Part shown: positions 1 through 13,232 of the stretch, piece after piece
Position numbering within the stretch: the stretch's first letter is position 1
Layout: the number at the start of each line of letters is the position of its first letter
From: Felis catus
Taxonomy: Eukaryota
Length of the DNA: 64,000 nucleotides
Direction: 5' to 3'
Assembly: GCF_018350175.1 (NCBI RefSeq)
Contig: NC_058368.1
Coordinates: 112,222,001-112,286,000 of the forward strand
Position numbers and translations under genes: made by a program
Notes under the pieces: model-generated
Seen by the model: only the letters and a program-made list of their open reading frames with translations
Told to the model about the DNA's origin: nothing
Database searches by the model: none

Positions 1-340
1 CAACTAGAAAACTGGATAAAATAGGAAGCCACTATTTGAAGACAGTGGAAAACAGAAAGTTCTGGACAGTGATCTAGGAGGGAAAGGGAACAAATGAAAT
101 GGGCCCTAACCCTCCCCCCGCCCCCCGGCTTTCTGTCTGATTGAGAATGCAGCGAGAAGGGACACTGGTGCAGACTCCGTGGCCTCTGGCAGTCCAGAAG
201 GCAGAGATCTATGTTCTAGAGGATGGGAGACTGGAACTTGCATCCGATTCTACTTATGTGAGTTTGGGGAAAGGCAAAACCACAGGGACAGAAAGATTGG
301 AGGTTAAATAGAGGCGAGAAGGGTTTTCAACTGAAGGACA

Positions 341-543
341 CAGTGAGTGATGCCCTAAGAAGCAGCTTACAGGTGCCCAGTCCGCACCCCTCTTCCCAAC
401 TGCACATTTAGTGATGCCGTGTCAGCAGTTTGAAACTGGCCAGGGTGGGAGTGTTGACACCAGGGAAATAAGCCAACAGTCAAGGCTCAGTTGTGTTGTC
501 TTCTTTGTTTGTTTTTGAGAACCGGTTTACCAGCACACCACTG
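341..543 (+). mobile_element. MER63-like hAT DNA transposon remnant
   Basis: Ends in ...accggtttaccagcacaccactg; internal ctcttcccaact...tgaaactggccagggtgggagt resembles the MER63 consensus as I recall it. Confidence 0.7.
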
Positions 544-834
544 GGCAAAAGGGAATTTGGGGAGTAATTGGACTGGTCTTTATCTTGATTAAGGTGGTGG
601 TTACTTGATGGGATGATTGGTTAAAATTCATAGATCTGCAAACTATCGAAGGGGTAGATTTTACTAGCTAAAAAAGAAAGTGCAAAAAGCTTGAAATTTA
701 GAGATAAATTCAACATAAATTTCTATGAAAGTGTGGACATAGGCTTTTTAAAAGTATTTAATATTAATAATGTGTTAACGTTAAATATTTAATATTATTT
801 AATATTTATTTAAAAATTTTAAAATATTTAGTGT

Positions 835-1058
835 ATTTTTTTTTGAAATTTTTTAATCTTTATTTTTGAGAGAGAGCGCACGAGCACACACAGAAGTGGG
901 GAGGGGCAGAGAGCGAGGGAGACACAGAATCTGAAGCAGGCTCCAGGCTCCAAGCTGTCAGCACAGAGTCCAACGCAGGGCTCAAACCCAGGAACCGCGA
1001 GATCATGACCTGAGCTAAAGTCGGACAGACACTTAACTGACTGAGCCACCCAGGCACC
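835..1058 (-). mobile_element. CanSINE (SINEC)
   Basis: Reverse-complement tRNA-derived head (tgagccacccaggcacc), (GA)n stretch and T-rich tail. Confidence 0.92.
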
Positions 1059-2906
1059 AGTGAACTATTTAATGTATTTTTTAAATGTTAAAGTATATTT
1101 TGAAAAAAAACGAAATTGGCAAACTACTCTAGCTGATTTCAAGGCATAGAGTAAATTTGCAGCTGTCCACAGGACAGCTCCCACATCAAAGAGTAATCTG
1201 GCTCAAACTGTCAATAGTGCCAAGATTGAGAAACACTGATCACAGTAATCAAGAATATGCCACAGTATTGGTCAGTTGGACAGAGCAGAGAGGCCAGGAT
1301 GAATGGACCTGTGCATATAGTACTGATTATGAGAAACAGGAAAAGTCTTCATCCAATGACATTGATATAGTGGAGATCTAAATGGAAAAATAGATCCTGA
1401 TGCCTACCTCAAACCGTATCGATTAACTCAAAAACAATTATAGGAGACCTAAACATAAAAGGTAAGGGTGTAGAACATCTAGAAGAAAACATAGGAAGAA
1501 ATCATCACAGTCTTAGGATAAGCACATGTTTCTTCGGATACCAAAAGCCCAAATGAGAAATGCAAATTGGATTTCCTCAAAATGAAAAAAATTTCCTAGA
1601 AAGACATTGTTAACAAGATTGAAGTCAAGGCACAGCCCGGTAGAAAATATTCACAATACATATTTCTGACAAAGGACTTGTATCCAGTATATATAAAGAA
1701 CTCTTACAACATAACAATAAGAAGACAAAAAACTTTATTAAAAGTGGGGGAAAGGAGCTTCCAGTGTTGGCATGGTAGCGTAAGCTCACTTAGTCAACTC
1801 CTCCCACTGATTATAACAAAAACTTTGAGCCATATTAAAAATCTAACTACCGGAGAACTCTAAAGAGTAAACAAAAACAGATTTTGGAGATGACACTTCT
1901 AGACAAGTGATCCATGCAGGGGGAACTTTCCCATCTTCTCTCTCTCGGTGTCTCTCTGTCTCTGTCTTTGTCTCTGTCTCTCGCAGTCTCTTGGCTTTAC
2001 CCAGAGGGCAGGCTCCACTTGCACAGCAATAATGCAGCAGTGGCAGAAGGGGGGCCCCGGGAGGACACAGAGTGTGGAAGGAATCCAGGAGGAGAGAGAG
2101 CCAGGAAAGTGGTCTCTTAATTCTGTGAATCAGTGCACACGGATGGCCTAACCTCTGAGCTCTGCCTGAATGGGACAGACCCAAACCAGCACAGCAAAGC
2201 TTTGAAAACCAAACTGAGCTTTAAACCATGTGCACGTATCTTTTTAGCCTAATCACTAAATAATTCATGCTCAAGAACAGAGCCAAGCCAATACAGCGCA
2301 GGCTTAGAGAACTGAACTGAGATTTGAGTCGTTACGTACGGAAGGTAAGACAGAACATGCAGCTTGAACCTAACCCAGTTGATTGTCTGCTAGAACAAAA
2401 ATATAGACCTCTCTGGAGGATTATTTACAGGACCCAAAGTCTACACAACATAACATTCACAATGTCTGGGACAATTCAAAATTAGCCAACATACAAAGAA
2501 CCAGGAAAATGTGGCCACTTCTCCAAGGAAGAGACAATAAATGCCAATGCCAAGGTGGCCCGTGCATTGCAATTATCAGACCAAGAGTTCAAAGAAGCTA
2601 TTATAACTGTGCTCCATTAGGTCAAGAAAAACACATTTGGAATGAATAAAAGGATAGAAGTTCTCAGCGTAGACACAGGACCTATAAAAAGGAGCCAGAT
2701 GGAAATGTTAGGACTGAAAAATACAAAATCGGAATTTAAAAAATTTACTGATTTCAATAGCAGCTTGGTGATGATGAGAGGGCGAAAAAAACCTATAAAC
2801 TTCAAGATAGATGAATAGAAATTATGCAGTCTGAAGAACAGAGAGAAAAGAAAATTAGAAAAAAATGAGCAGAGCACCAGGGACCTGTGGGAAAATATAT
2901 TTAAAT

Positions 2907-3116
2907 TTTTTTTCAACGTTTATTTATTTTTGGGACAGAGAGAGACAGAGCATGAACGGGGGAGGGTCAGAGAGAGAGGGAGACACAGAATCGGAAACAG
3001 GCTCCAGGCTCTGAGCCATCAGCCCAGAGCCCGACGCGGGGCTCGAACTCCCGGACCGCGAGATGGTGACCTGGCTGAAGTCGGACGCTTAACCGACTGC
3101 GCCACCCAGGCGCCCC
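2907..3116 (-). mobile_element. Young felid CanSINE (SINEC_Fc-like)
   Basis: CpG-rich near-consensus body; target-site duplication tatatttaaat (2896-2906 / 3117-3127). Confidence 0.95.
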
Positions 3117-3966
3117 TATATTTAAATGTTTAAAGGTTAAATTTAATTTTTTTCTTTTTTAATTTGATAGAGAAGGCATCAAGGATATGTCATGGAGAAG
3201 AAAGGGGCAATGCTGAGGGACTGGGCACAGACAGGTCAGGAAGGGTAGGCATCTAGGTCTGACCCCACCATGGGAGGTCCTGGAGCCACTCCAGGGAGGG
3301 GAGAGCCCAAGGATCTTGTACCCAGTCTGCCCTGTGCCTTCAGGTGGGACACTGGCTTGGAGAGGGGCAGATGGTTCTTAGGGTCACAAACATCAGGAAG
3401 AGGCAAGAGCCATAAAAGGGATAGTTAGAAGGCCCAGGAGGAACTCCCAGCTCAAGAGATTCTCCAACAACCCCCACTGCCATTGCAGCTTGGTTCCTGT
3501 GCCCAGCCCCCACCCCATCCAAACAACAAGGTTCTAGACCAGCCCCCACATGAGTCCATGCTGCTCAGGGTGGAAGCCCAGAAACAGGGGCTAGGTGGTC
3601 CCTCAGAGGTGTCACTGGAGTCCCAGCAGGAGAGGAAAAATCAACTGCAAAAAAATATTGGAAGAAATAAGCCTTCCAAGATTTGGTGAAAGATGTAAAC
3701 TGATATATTCTGGAGGCTCTGCAAACCCCCAAAGGATAAGGTCATTGGAAACCATGCCTAGACACATTATAAATGGCTGAAAATGAAAGCTAAATACCAT
3801 CAAAATAGCTGGAAAAACATGACACGCTACATATTGTAGAATAAGGATTGTGATACATCCGTACAATGAAACAGCACTCTGTAAGAAAAAAGGAACAGAC
3901 TATTGGTACATGCAAAAACATAAAGGAATCTCGCAAATATTATGATGTGTAAGACAAGTCAAAGTA

Positions 3967-4162
3967 GGGGCATCTGGGTGGTTCATTCATTTGAGCGTCC
4001 AGCTCTCAATTTTGGCTCAGGTGATGATCCCAGGATCGTGGGATCGAGCCCCACATCAGGTTCTGTGCTGAGTGTGGAGCCTGCTTGAAATTCTCTCTCT
4101 CTCCTCCCCTGTCCCCCTCTCCCCCATGTCCTCTCTCTCTTTCTCTCAAATTAAGAAAAAAG
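3967..4162 (+). mobile_element. Older CanSINE
   Basis: ggggcatctgggtgg head, (CT)-rich linker, A-rich tail. Confidence 0.88.
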
Positions 4163-4575
4163 TTAAAGTATCTGGTGTATGATTCCATTTATGTAAATTT
4201 CTAGAAAATACAGAATAATCTATAGTGACAGAGAGCAGATCAAATAGTTGCCTGGACATGGGAGGGACAGATTACAAAAGTGCATCAGGAAATTTGGGGG
4301 ACTGATAAAAATACTTGGTATCCTGATTGTGGTGATGGTTTCCCAGGTGCATACATATGTGAAAACTGGGCAAATTGCATACTTTGCATATATGCGGTTT
4401 GGTGTACTTTATAACAATAAGGTTGTTAAATACGCAAAAGATTCAAACACTTAACAGATGAAGGTATATGAATTGACGATATGCACATGAAAAGATGCTC
4501 AACATCACGAGTCGTTATCGTAAACTAAAACCATAGCGCTGTCCTCGTACATACCCACCAGAATGGCAGAACTTT

Positions 4576-4797
4576 AAAATTTTTTTTTTCCAACGTTTTT
4601 ATTTATTTTTGGGACAGAGAGAGACAGAGCATGAACGGGGGAGGGGCAGAGAGAGAGAGGGAGACACAGAATCGGAAACAGGCTCCAGGCTCTGAGCCAT
4701 CAGCCCAGAGCCCGGTGCGGGGCTCGAACTCCCGGACCGCGAGATGGTGACCTGGCTGAAGTCGGACGCTTAACCGACTGCGCCACCCAGGCGCCCC
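4576..4797 (-). mobile_element. Young felid CanSINE (SINEC_Fc-like)
   Basis: Near-identical to the 2907-3116 copy; 16-bp TSD agaatggcagaacttt. Confidence 0.95.
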
Positions 4798-5391
4798 AGA
4801 ATGGCAGAACTTTTAAAGTGATGGAGGAAACTCCATCTTTCACACACTGCCCCTGGGAACGTAAAAGGGCGCAACCTGGCTTGGGAATCAGTGCGTCAGC
4901 TTCGTAAACACGTGCTTACCGTGTGATCAAGCTATTCACATCGTGAGTGCTTACCGAAGAGAAACGAAAACTTTGCCCCCACCGTCTCGTACACTACCAT
5001 GCCCAGCAGCCTAATTGCTAATGGAAACAACCCAACGGCCCACCAGTGAATCGACAAACACACTGTGGTGTAGAAAGGTGCAAACAGAATGCCGCCAACG
5101 TGGATGAATCTTAAAAACAAAATGCTGAAAACTAGGAAGCTGCGCACAAAACCACGTACTGTGTGATTCCATTTATTCTAGAACACACAAAATGAATCTC
5201 TGGCATCAAAACGCAAATCAGTTGTTGCTTGGGGCTGGAAGGCCGGGGCGGGGGGTACTACGTGAAGAGAGGCATTTCTGTATATTAATTTGGGGGTTGC
5301 TACATGGATTTTTAGGTTGGGAATGATATGCTTTATAGTGTATATAAACTAGACCTCAATAAAGCTGATTTTTTTAAATATGGCTGTATCA

Positions 5392-5955
5392 GGGGGCGCC
5401 TGGGCAGTTCAGTGGGTAGAGCATGTAACTCTTGATCTCAGAGTCATGAGTTCAAGCCCCGCATCGGGCACAGAGCCTACTTATTATTTTTTTTAATGTT
5501 TATTTTTGAGAGAGGCAGAGACAGAGAGACAGAGACAGAGGCGAACAGGGGAGGGGCAGAGAGACAGGGAGACACAGAATCAGAAGCACGCTCCAGGCTC
5601 CAAGCACAGAGCCTGACGTGGGGCTCGAACTCACAACCTGCAAGATAGTGACCTGGGCTGAAGTCGGATGCTCAACCGACTGAGCCACCCAGGCACCCCG
5701 GAGCCTACTTATTAATAAATAAGTAAATAGGGGTGCCTGGGTGGCTCAGTCGGTTAAGCTTCTGACTTCAGCTTAGGTCATGATCTTGCAGTTCATGGGT
5801 TTGAGCCCTGCGTTGGGCTCTGTGCTGACAGCTCAGAGCCTGGAGCCTGCTTCGGATTCTGTGTCTCCCTCTCCTGTGTCTGTCCCTCCCCCGGTTACAC
5901 TCTGTCTCTCTCTCTCTCTCAAAAACAAACAAACAAACAAACAAACAAACAAACA

Positions 5956-6001
<46 letters not shown>
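5392..6001. mobile_element. Nested CanSINE cluster: short + SINE, inserted - SINE (about 5487-5699) and + SINE (5730-6001) with (AAAC)n(AAAT)n tail
   Basis: Three SINE heads; TSD gagcctacttatta flanks the minus copy. Confidence 0.9.
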
Positions 6002-6003
<2 letters not shown>

Positions 6004-7216
6004 GTATGGAATTGGTACCAAAAGAGACAAAGAGGGACAGAGCAATAAACAAATTAGAGAAACTGACTGGAGTTTAAAATAGTTATGAATTTCAAATGTG
6101 GTTACTCTGGCTTTTCAAATCAGGTTGGTGGAGAAATCCATTATTCATCAATGGTATTGAATCAACACATATAACTCAAAATAAAATTAGAGCCTTATCT
6201 GTTACCACTTACAAAACATACATTCCATGTGGATTAAATAGTTAATTCCATAAAACAAGAAAACCAAGCTTTAATGGCCCCGGAGTAGGGGTTGGGGGTC
6301 CGGGGCCATCCTGGGTCACACTGTGCTTGGAATCCAGCAATGGAGAAGCCTGAGGTCCTGGAGATACCAGGGCCTTGTGGCCCTCGGCTGGGGTTCTCCA
6401 GCCTCCAGCCCTAAGGCTAAAGACTACCTCTGAAGGCCGTCCTAGCGGAGGCTCAGCTCCCCAGTCTCTAACACGGCACAACAGTGGTACCATTTCCAAC
6501 TTGAAGGTCTGTAGAGAGGGCTGCATGTGGGGAAACGCCCAGTGCAGCAGCTGATTCTTGGGAGGTGTGACAACAAAGGCTGGTCTCTTCCCTCTGTGCG
6601 GGACCATCAGGCCTGGGACAGAGCTGGGAAGGGTGGCTCTGTGGGGGAAAGTGGGCATTAGGCTTTGTGTCTCACTCTGTGCTCTCAAGTGACTGGGAAA
6701 GACCCACAGAGGAGAGGGGGCTAAAATCAAGTGGCAAGAGTAGAAACCCAAGGGGACTGAAGCACTCAGGTACGGAGCGGTCTAGACAGCCTGAGACAAC
6801 AGCATGAATCCTTGGGGTGCCCCCTCACCTTCCTGGGGAGGCTGCTGAGGCGCTGAGGCACTGAATCTCTGGGCACAAGTCCTTGAGTGAGCTCACTGGA
6901 TCTGTCATGGAGAGCTGTTCTGATTCCAGAAGATGCCTGCCCTCCCTTTGTATCCTGCAAGTCCCAGGGGGGAGATCTGGATTAAGCTGAATTAAGAGGC
7001 AGGTGATGATCACAGGTGTTGGGTGCTTGGGCAGGGGTCTCCATGGTAACGGTGCCATCTGGCTTTCTTGCCTGGCAGCAGGCCTTGTGACTTCATGGTG
7101 GAACCTTCTCTGACAGGCAGAGGGGGATTTGCCAGGGGGAAGAGCAGGTCAGGAGGAGGGGATCTGCCAAGGGCAGCTTTGTCTTTTCCATCAGAGTCTG
7201 AAGATTAACCTTGATC

Positions 7217-10200
7217 ATGGCACAATGTGGGGCTACCACTGACTCCAGAACGGATGCCGAGACAGTGGCCGAGGGACAGCATAAGCCCCTCTGGAGAGTA
7301 GGTGGGGACATACCTGGCCTCCTTGAATCCAGAACCCACTGGTGAAGTGGAGCCAGGGCCCAGGCGGGCAAGACTCGGACATGGGAGAGCCTCTGGGCCA
7401 ACACCTCTGGATGGCAGGAAGGGTAAGGTCCAGGGAGACCCAGCCCCTGCAGGGAGACTCTCCCCATAAACTGCTCATGAGGCTCTGCAAGCCTTCATTC
7501 TTGTGTCGACTCCCTTCACTCACACAATCAGCCATCTAACCCACCTGTATGTGTGAGTGTCCTGGGGCTGCTGAAACAAGTCACCATAAACTGGGTGGCT
7601 TAACACAACACCAGTGTATTCTGTCACAGTTCTGAAGGCAGGCTCCTTCTTGGGGGCTCAAGGAGAAGGTGCTCCTTGCCTCTCCTAGTTCCTGGTGGCT
7701 CCTGGCGATCCGTGGCATCTCTTGGCTCGGGCAGCATCCCTCCCGTCTCTGCCACCACTGTTGTATGATGCTCCCCTTGTGTCTGTGTCCAAATTTCCCT
7801 CATAAAGGACACCAGTCATTGGATATAGGGCCATCCTAATCCAGTATGACCTCATTTTACCTTGACTGCATCTACAAAGACTCTCTTTCCAAATAAGATC
7901 CCTTTCCCAGGTACCAGGAGTTAGGACCTCAACATATCTTATGGGGGACACAGTTGAGACCACAATACCATGTAGGTCATTGTGAAAAGAGCACAGGCTT
8001 CAGAGCAGGGTAGGCTTGGCCTCCAACCCTGACAGGGCCTCCCCATCATCTTGTTCCCTAGGCCCAGCAAAGTTGGGCGGGGGCTCCCGTGGTCTACCTG
8101 CAGAGGGGCCGTGGTGTGTCTGGGGAGGAGGAGGAGGTCTGGTCCCTGCTCTTCAGGAGCTCACAGTCTGTGGGGCACCAAGGGTTAGGACTCTCAAAAG
8201 GGACAGTGGTGGTCAAGCTGCACACAAGGAGTTAGGACAGGCATGACCACACATGTGGCTGGGGTGGAGAACTCAAGGCCCAGAGACCCCAGCAAGGATC
8301 AAGAAGGCCAGGGCCAGACCATAAGTCCTTCCTATGGGACTCAGAATCCACGGGGTACCCCTGCACGCCACATGTACCCATGGGCTCTGGGTCTGACCCT
8401 GATGGGCAAAGGTGGAGAATGGGTTGTTTTTTCACTGATGGGTGCTCTGGGATTCTGTGTCCCACTCTGAGCCTGGGAAGTAATTCCTTATTCCCCTTCC
8501 CAGCCTCCCCACAAGACCTGCCTTCCCCTTCCTATTGACAGGGAGTCTGGCAAGGACTTTGCTCCTGGACAAGCCCAGTTTAATATTCTCTTTCTTCCTC
8601 CTTCTCTCCCACCTTTCTTTCCTTTATTCCAATATTTGGTATCTTCCATATGCCAAGGCTGTTCTAGGCCTTGAGGATACAGAAGACAGATGGACCTAGC
8701 CTCAGTGGAATTTATAATTGGTGAGATGAGAGATATTAATCAAGTCACCGTGCAGATGAATGTTTCACAGCAGAGGTGTGGGTGCTCCGAATGAGGGGCA
8801 TCAGGGTGGTGGAAGTCAGCAACAGAGTGAAGCAGCTAAACCGGGGAAGGGTGGGAGCCTGGAGCCACAAGCTGAAGTTGTCAACCAGGAAAAAGGAGAA
8901 GGAAGAGATTCCAGGCAGGAGCATTAGCATGAGCGAAGGGCCTGTGGCAGGAGGCTGCTTGGCGAGTTGAGAAGGACTGAGAGGTCTGTGTGGATGGACT
9001 GGACAGTGCAGGGAATATGAGATGGCCTGAGATGGTCAGCAAATTAGCCCCGTCATTTGTTGGAAAAGTATCAATATTGCATGCCCACAATTAGACGAGA
9101 CCACCACACCCCAGAATAGGCAGACTCAGACCAAGAACGTCCCAGCGTGGGAGATGTGAGGCTGGAGTGATTGGGAGTCAGCGCAGGGATTGGGGGAGGC
9201 AGGGGCTGGGAAAGCTCCTTTGAACTGAGAGGGGAAGGGCAGGTCTGGGCATAGGTTCTAAAGCAGGGCCAAGCTTCGTGTGACCAAGGAAGGGCAAGGA
9301 GGCCTGTGTATACAGAGTGGAACCAGCTGTGCGTGGGGGAAGGCTGCAGGTGCTGGCAGGGCCAGGCCCTCCAAGGCTCTTGGGTAACCTGACTGGCTGG
9401 CAGCTGCCGCTGGGTTCTCCTGGAGGGGAGCACACTCAGGTTTATGCTTTGGAAAGACCCCTCTGGCCTCCAGTGTCAGCAGGAATGGGAGAGTGGGCTA
9501 GGGGGTGGGGACTTTGGGCTGCGGTAACAGGTGGAACACCATTCTCTTTCCAGTCATCCCAGAAGAGCTGTGAGCCTGAGCCCAGCGTCTCGGCTTCCCA
9601 GAGCCTCCTAGAGGCGGCCGGCCCAGACCCCCTGTCCCAGCACCCACAGGCCAGCCGTTCAAGGAGCAGTGAGCCCCTCAGCAGCCTTGACCTCTCCCAT
9701 GGGTCTCCGGTGGCCTTAGAGTACCTGCCCTTCTTTCGCACCTATGGGACTCTCCTGGCTGTGGGGGAGCTGGTCCCACAGCCTGAGGCTTGCAGGGACC
9801 AAGAAGGAGACCAGACTGTCAGAGATCCAGCATTCCATGAGGACTCAGAACCGCCCAGCGGCTTCTTCCCTTTCTACCGCTCCAAGGAGGAGTGTTTTCC
9901 CAGGCTGGGCCTTCCTGGCAGGTCATGCTGGGGCTCCCAAGACCCATGCACCAGGAAGGAGGCGCTGGCTGGCTGCGTCTGCAGGATGACCGTCAGCTGC
10001 GCGTGCTCTGTGAGTGGGCGTGGCCCCGGGGAATGTGTTTAAGCCCCTTGAGCTTCAAAGTCCTTACAAAGGGAGGCAATAGTGGAGCTACTGGGGGAGC
10101 CGTTGTGAGAATTACGTACAGTAACGCGGTCATTACACCAGGCTTAGCCGGTGTTCCCCGACAGAAGCACCTGTGTAGTCCTTATGACTCGCTCGGCACC

Positions 10201-10921
10201 CCAGCCGATGCTCCAAGTACATCATCTCACCTGTCCTAATAATAGTCCGATGAGAGACGGTTGATTGCTGCTCCCACATGACAGAGGGGAGAAAAATGAG
10301 TCTCAGGGCAGTTAAGTGACTTGGTAGCAAGAGCAAACCTGGGCTCCGACCCCAAGCCGGTGCCCTGTCATGTCACTACCAGTCACAGAGCTGGGGGCCG
10401 TGCCGTGACCACAGAGACGGAGCAGGCGGGATGAGTGGATTGTGATCCCAGATGCACTCCTTCCGGCCGGGAGGCCCGGGGGGCTGAATGATATTGCTCA
10501 CTGTTCTCCAGTCTGCAGAGTAGTCATGCACCCTGCCTCCTTCCCTACCGCTGCTGGGGTGTTGCAGGCACAAGGCCAGCGCTGGATTTCTAGCCAAACT
10601 TGGGAGCCTGGCTGACCGTCTTGTCTCCTTCCCACGCAGGCTGCCTCGGCAAGCCCAGACCACCTCCCTGGGTCCTCTCGCTCGCCACCCTGCTGCCCCA
10701 TCCTGCTGGTCCCAGAGGGGCACTGCCATGACAGCGGCCTGACTGCCCCTTCCTCCAGTGATGCTGCCTTCAGGGACCATGCCCTTGGTGCCTCGGGATT
10801 CGTGCCTTACTACAGAACCCTCGAGGAGGAGCTGCACGCCAGCCCTGGGCCTCCAGTCTCTCCGCTGGGGAGCCAGGAGCCCACAGGGATGCTGCCCAGG
10901 CCTGGTGCAGCGACTTTGTGA
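7217..10921 (+). pseudogene. Candidate uncharacterised multi-exon gene, probably disabled (putative exons 7217-7422, 8542-8578, 9554-10009, 10640-10921)
   Basis: Strong acceptors before 7194, 8542, 9554 and 10640; donors gtaagg (7423) and gtgagt (10010); phases chain together; a repeated peptide motif spans two exons; AATAAA at 11516. Lesions: in-frame TGA at 7343 and non-GT donor at 8579. Confidence 0.5.
7547..7968 (-). mobile_element. MLT1 (ERVL-MaLR) solo LTR
   Basis: ccataaactgggtggcttaa...cacagttctg...aaggacaccagtcattggat...ccagtatgacctcatttta...gggggacacag, typical of MLT1B/C in reverse orientation. Confidence 0.88.
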
Positions 10922-11569
10922 AGGAGTGTGAGTTACTAGCAGCAGGAGCCGCTGAAGATTGGGCCCCAGCACCTGCTCATCCGCAAGAGGTGAACATGGC
11001 TGGGGGTGAGGGTTCCAGAACTGGCCTGGGACCACAACTCTGCCTTACCTCCCCCTCTGCCTGGGTGCCTAGGAACCACGGAGCTGGCAGGAGGAGCCCA
11101 AACGCTGGCAGGCCCGTCCATCCCCTTTCAGTCTACTTGGGTGGGCCAACAAGAAGATCCTGTGCCCTGCCAGGGTGCACCTCCACACCAGTGTCCGACT
11201 GAGCAGGCCTGGGGCAGGAGCAGTCCTTCTCCTCGAGGACTGGAGGGGAGATGCTCAGCCTGTGCCCCCCGCAGCCACAGCCTCAGGAAGTGACCCCACA
11301 GCCCTGGGTGCTCCCTCGGCCCTCCTAGCTGGAAAAACTGCCCGAGGCCAAGGGGACAGCAGCAGCCCCCAAAGGCGCTCCACCAAGGAGATGTCTGCCT
11401 GGCCCAGCACTCAGACTGTCCCACGGTCCTCCTCTGCAGTAGCCTGTTCCAAGCTCAGAGGAAGGGAGCAGGACCAGGGTCCTCTGAACAACTGAGGGAT
11501 GCAGACCAGAGACTAAATAAATCACTTCACTACAAGGATTGGAGTTGGTGCGCTAATGTGGTGCTTTGG

Positions 11570-11800
11570 AGTAATGCGTGCAGCTTGCATTAAGTGAGCA
11601 TTTGCTATGTGCTAGGCACCTTACAGAGACCATCTCTGTATCCTCATGGGGGTAGACCCTTGCATCAGCTCCATTCTCCAGATGAAGAAACAGGCTCAGA
11701 GAGGTAAGTTGCCTGCCTGGGCTCACACAGCTCACAGACAGCGGAGCTGGGGTTCATAGCCAGGGCTGTGTGGGCTCAGGGCCTGAGTACTTAAAACCCT
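11570..11800 (-). mobile_element. MIR
   Basis: Core ccattctccagatgaagaaacaggctcagagaggtaagttgcctgcc. Confidence 0.75.
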
Positions 11801-13038
11801 TCCCTACACACCCCTCCTCAGTGGGTCTTGATGCAGCAGGGAAAGAGCCAGCTGCCAGCCATCGAGCACCGTGGAGGCCACCCCACATCGCCTTTCCTCC
11901 TTCCCCCTTTCCTTCCCTGGCTCCCCATGCTTTGCAGCCGCAGGTAGGGGAGAGCAGCATATGACACATCTGCTGAGGCCCTCCCCTCCCTGGCCTCTCT
12001 GGATACCATTTCCTGGTACCCCAGCCTGACCCCAGACTCCAGGCTCACCCCACACCATGGCAGATGGCTCTGAGGCTGCAGCACGTGGTTATGATGACAG
12101 CATGCGCTCACCCACCCCACCCGCTCCTGGGACTGTGCACCGTGGTACCCACGTTCACAGCCACTCTGTCCCGGTGCACTGGTTCCATGGCCCCCCTCCT
12201 CCCTCCCCTCCCCGGTGACCTGATGGCTGCCCCTCACCTGCTCCCTAGTCCTCCTGAGGACCGTGAAGTTGAGAGGCCATGGGAGAGAAATCATTGGTCA
12301 TGTTTCAGTTATGTCCAAGAATTTCTTTTTTAAAATGCACTTTTAAGTATTTCTTGAGGCATTCCTATGACTTCCCTTTGGGCGGGGTTGGCAATATGGT
12401 GAAGAAATATATGTGCCCTCGCTGCAGGACTCCTTGGCTTTGTTCTTGGAGGGGGTGACTGGTCTTTCCCTTCTTAGATTCCCCATGGCTGGGTCCAACC
12501 AGCTGGCATCCCTGGGCTGTCACCGCCCTCAGAGACACAGATTGGGTGGGGAAGCGTCTGGCTGCGTGTTAGAAACTGGGGCCGCTCTCTCCCCGTACAG
12601 CCCAAGCTGGGTCGGCCATGTGGCTCCCTCTTCCCATACAAGTGGCCTCCCAAGCATCAGCAGGGCCCAGAGCCCTGCAGGTTCTAATCCCAACGGTCCT
12701 GAGGGGAGATGCACAAACCCGACTGGCTAGCAGGCTGAAGAGAACCTCCAGTGTTCAAGACTGAGAGTTTTCTTGAGGGAGCTATTGGCAGGAAGGATCT
12801 GGGGCAGGAGAGGTCCTGGGTGAGGGAATGAGCTTATCTGGAAGAGCAGTCTGCTTCTGGTCGGTCCAGCTGGTGTCAGCGAGTTGTTCTGTGCTGACAC
12901 AGACCAGGCATGAGCACACGTCAGGATGCAGAGGCCTAACAACAGTAAGAGCTAACTTTCGTTGTTGGCCCTGTGCTGGCCACGGGGCTGAGCACTTCAT
13001 GGGCATTGATTTTTCAGTTAAGAATGAAAATCTTAACT

Positions 13039-13232
13039 GGGGCCTGGGTGGCTCGGTCAGTTAAGCATCTCTTGATGGTGACTCAGGTCATGATCTCACG
13101 GTTCCTGAGTTCGAGCCTCCCACTGGGCTCTACACTGACAGTTCGGAGTCGGCTCGGGATTCTCTCTCTCTCTGCCCCTCCTCCACTTGCACTCTCTCTC
13201 TCTCAAAATAAATACACTTAAAACAAAAAAAG
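13039..13232 (+). mobile_element. CanSINE followed by a MIR fragment (about 13255-13390)
   Basis: ggggcctgggtggctcggtcagttaag head, (CT)n, aaaataaat tail. Confidence 0.88.

Larger units (their letters stand above)
1090..5370 (+). mobile_element. Cluster of old L1M fragments (ORF2, 5' UTR/ORF1 and 3' UTR pieces) with nested SINEs and a MER20-like piece at about 1165-1237
   Basis: A-rich + strand with L1 hallmarks: ctagaagaaaacatagga, aaaagatgctcaacatca, tgtatgattccatttatgtaaattttctagaaaa, gacctcaataaagctg. Confidence 0.8.

Noticed and set aside
828..1057. Recurrent short ORFs starting MAQSVK or MPGWLS throughout the window
   Set aside because: Translations of CanSINE copies.
5392..5480. tRNA-like sequence with A and B boxes (also 46089-46175)
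   Set aside because: Head of a tRNA-Lys-derived carnivore SINE with an A-rich tail, not a tRNA gene.
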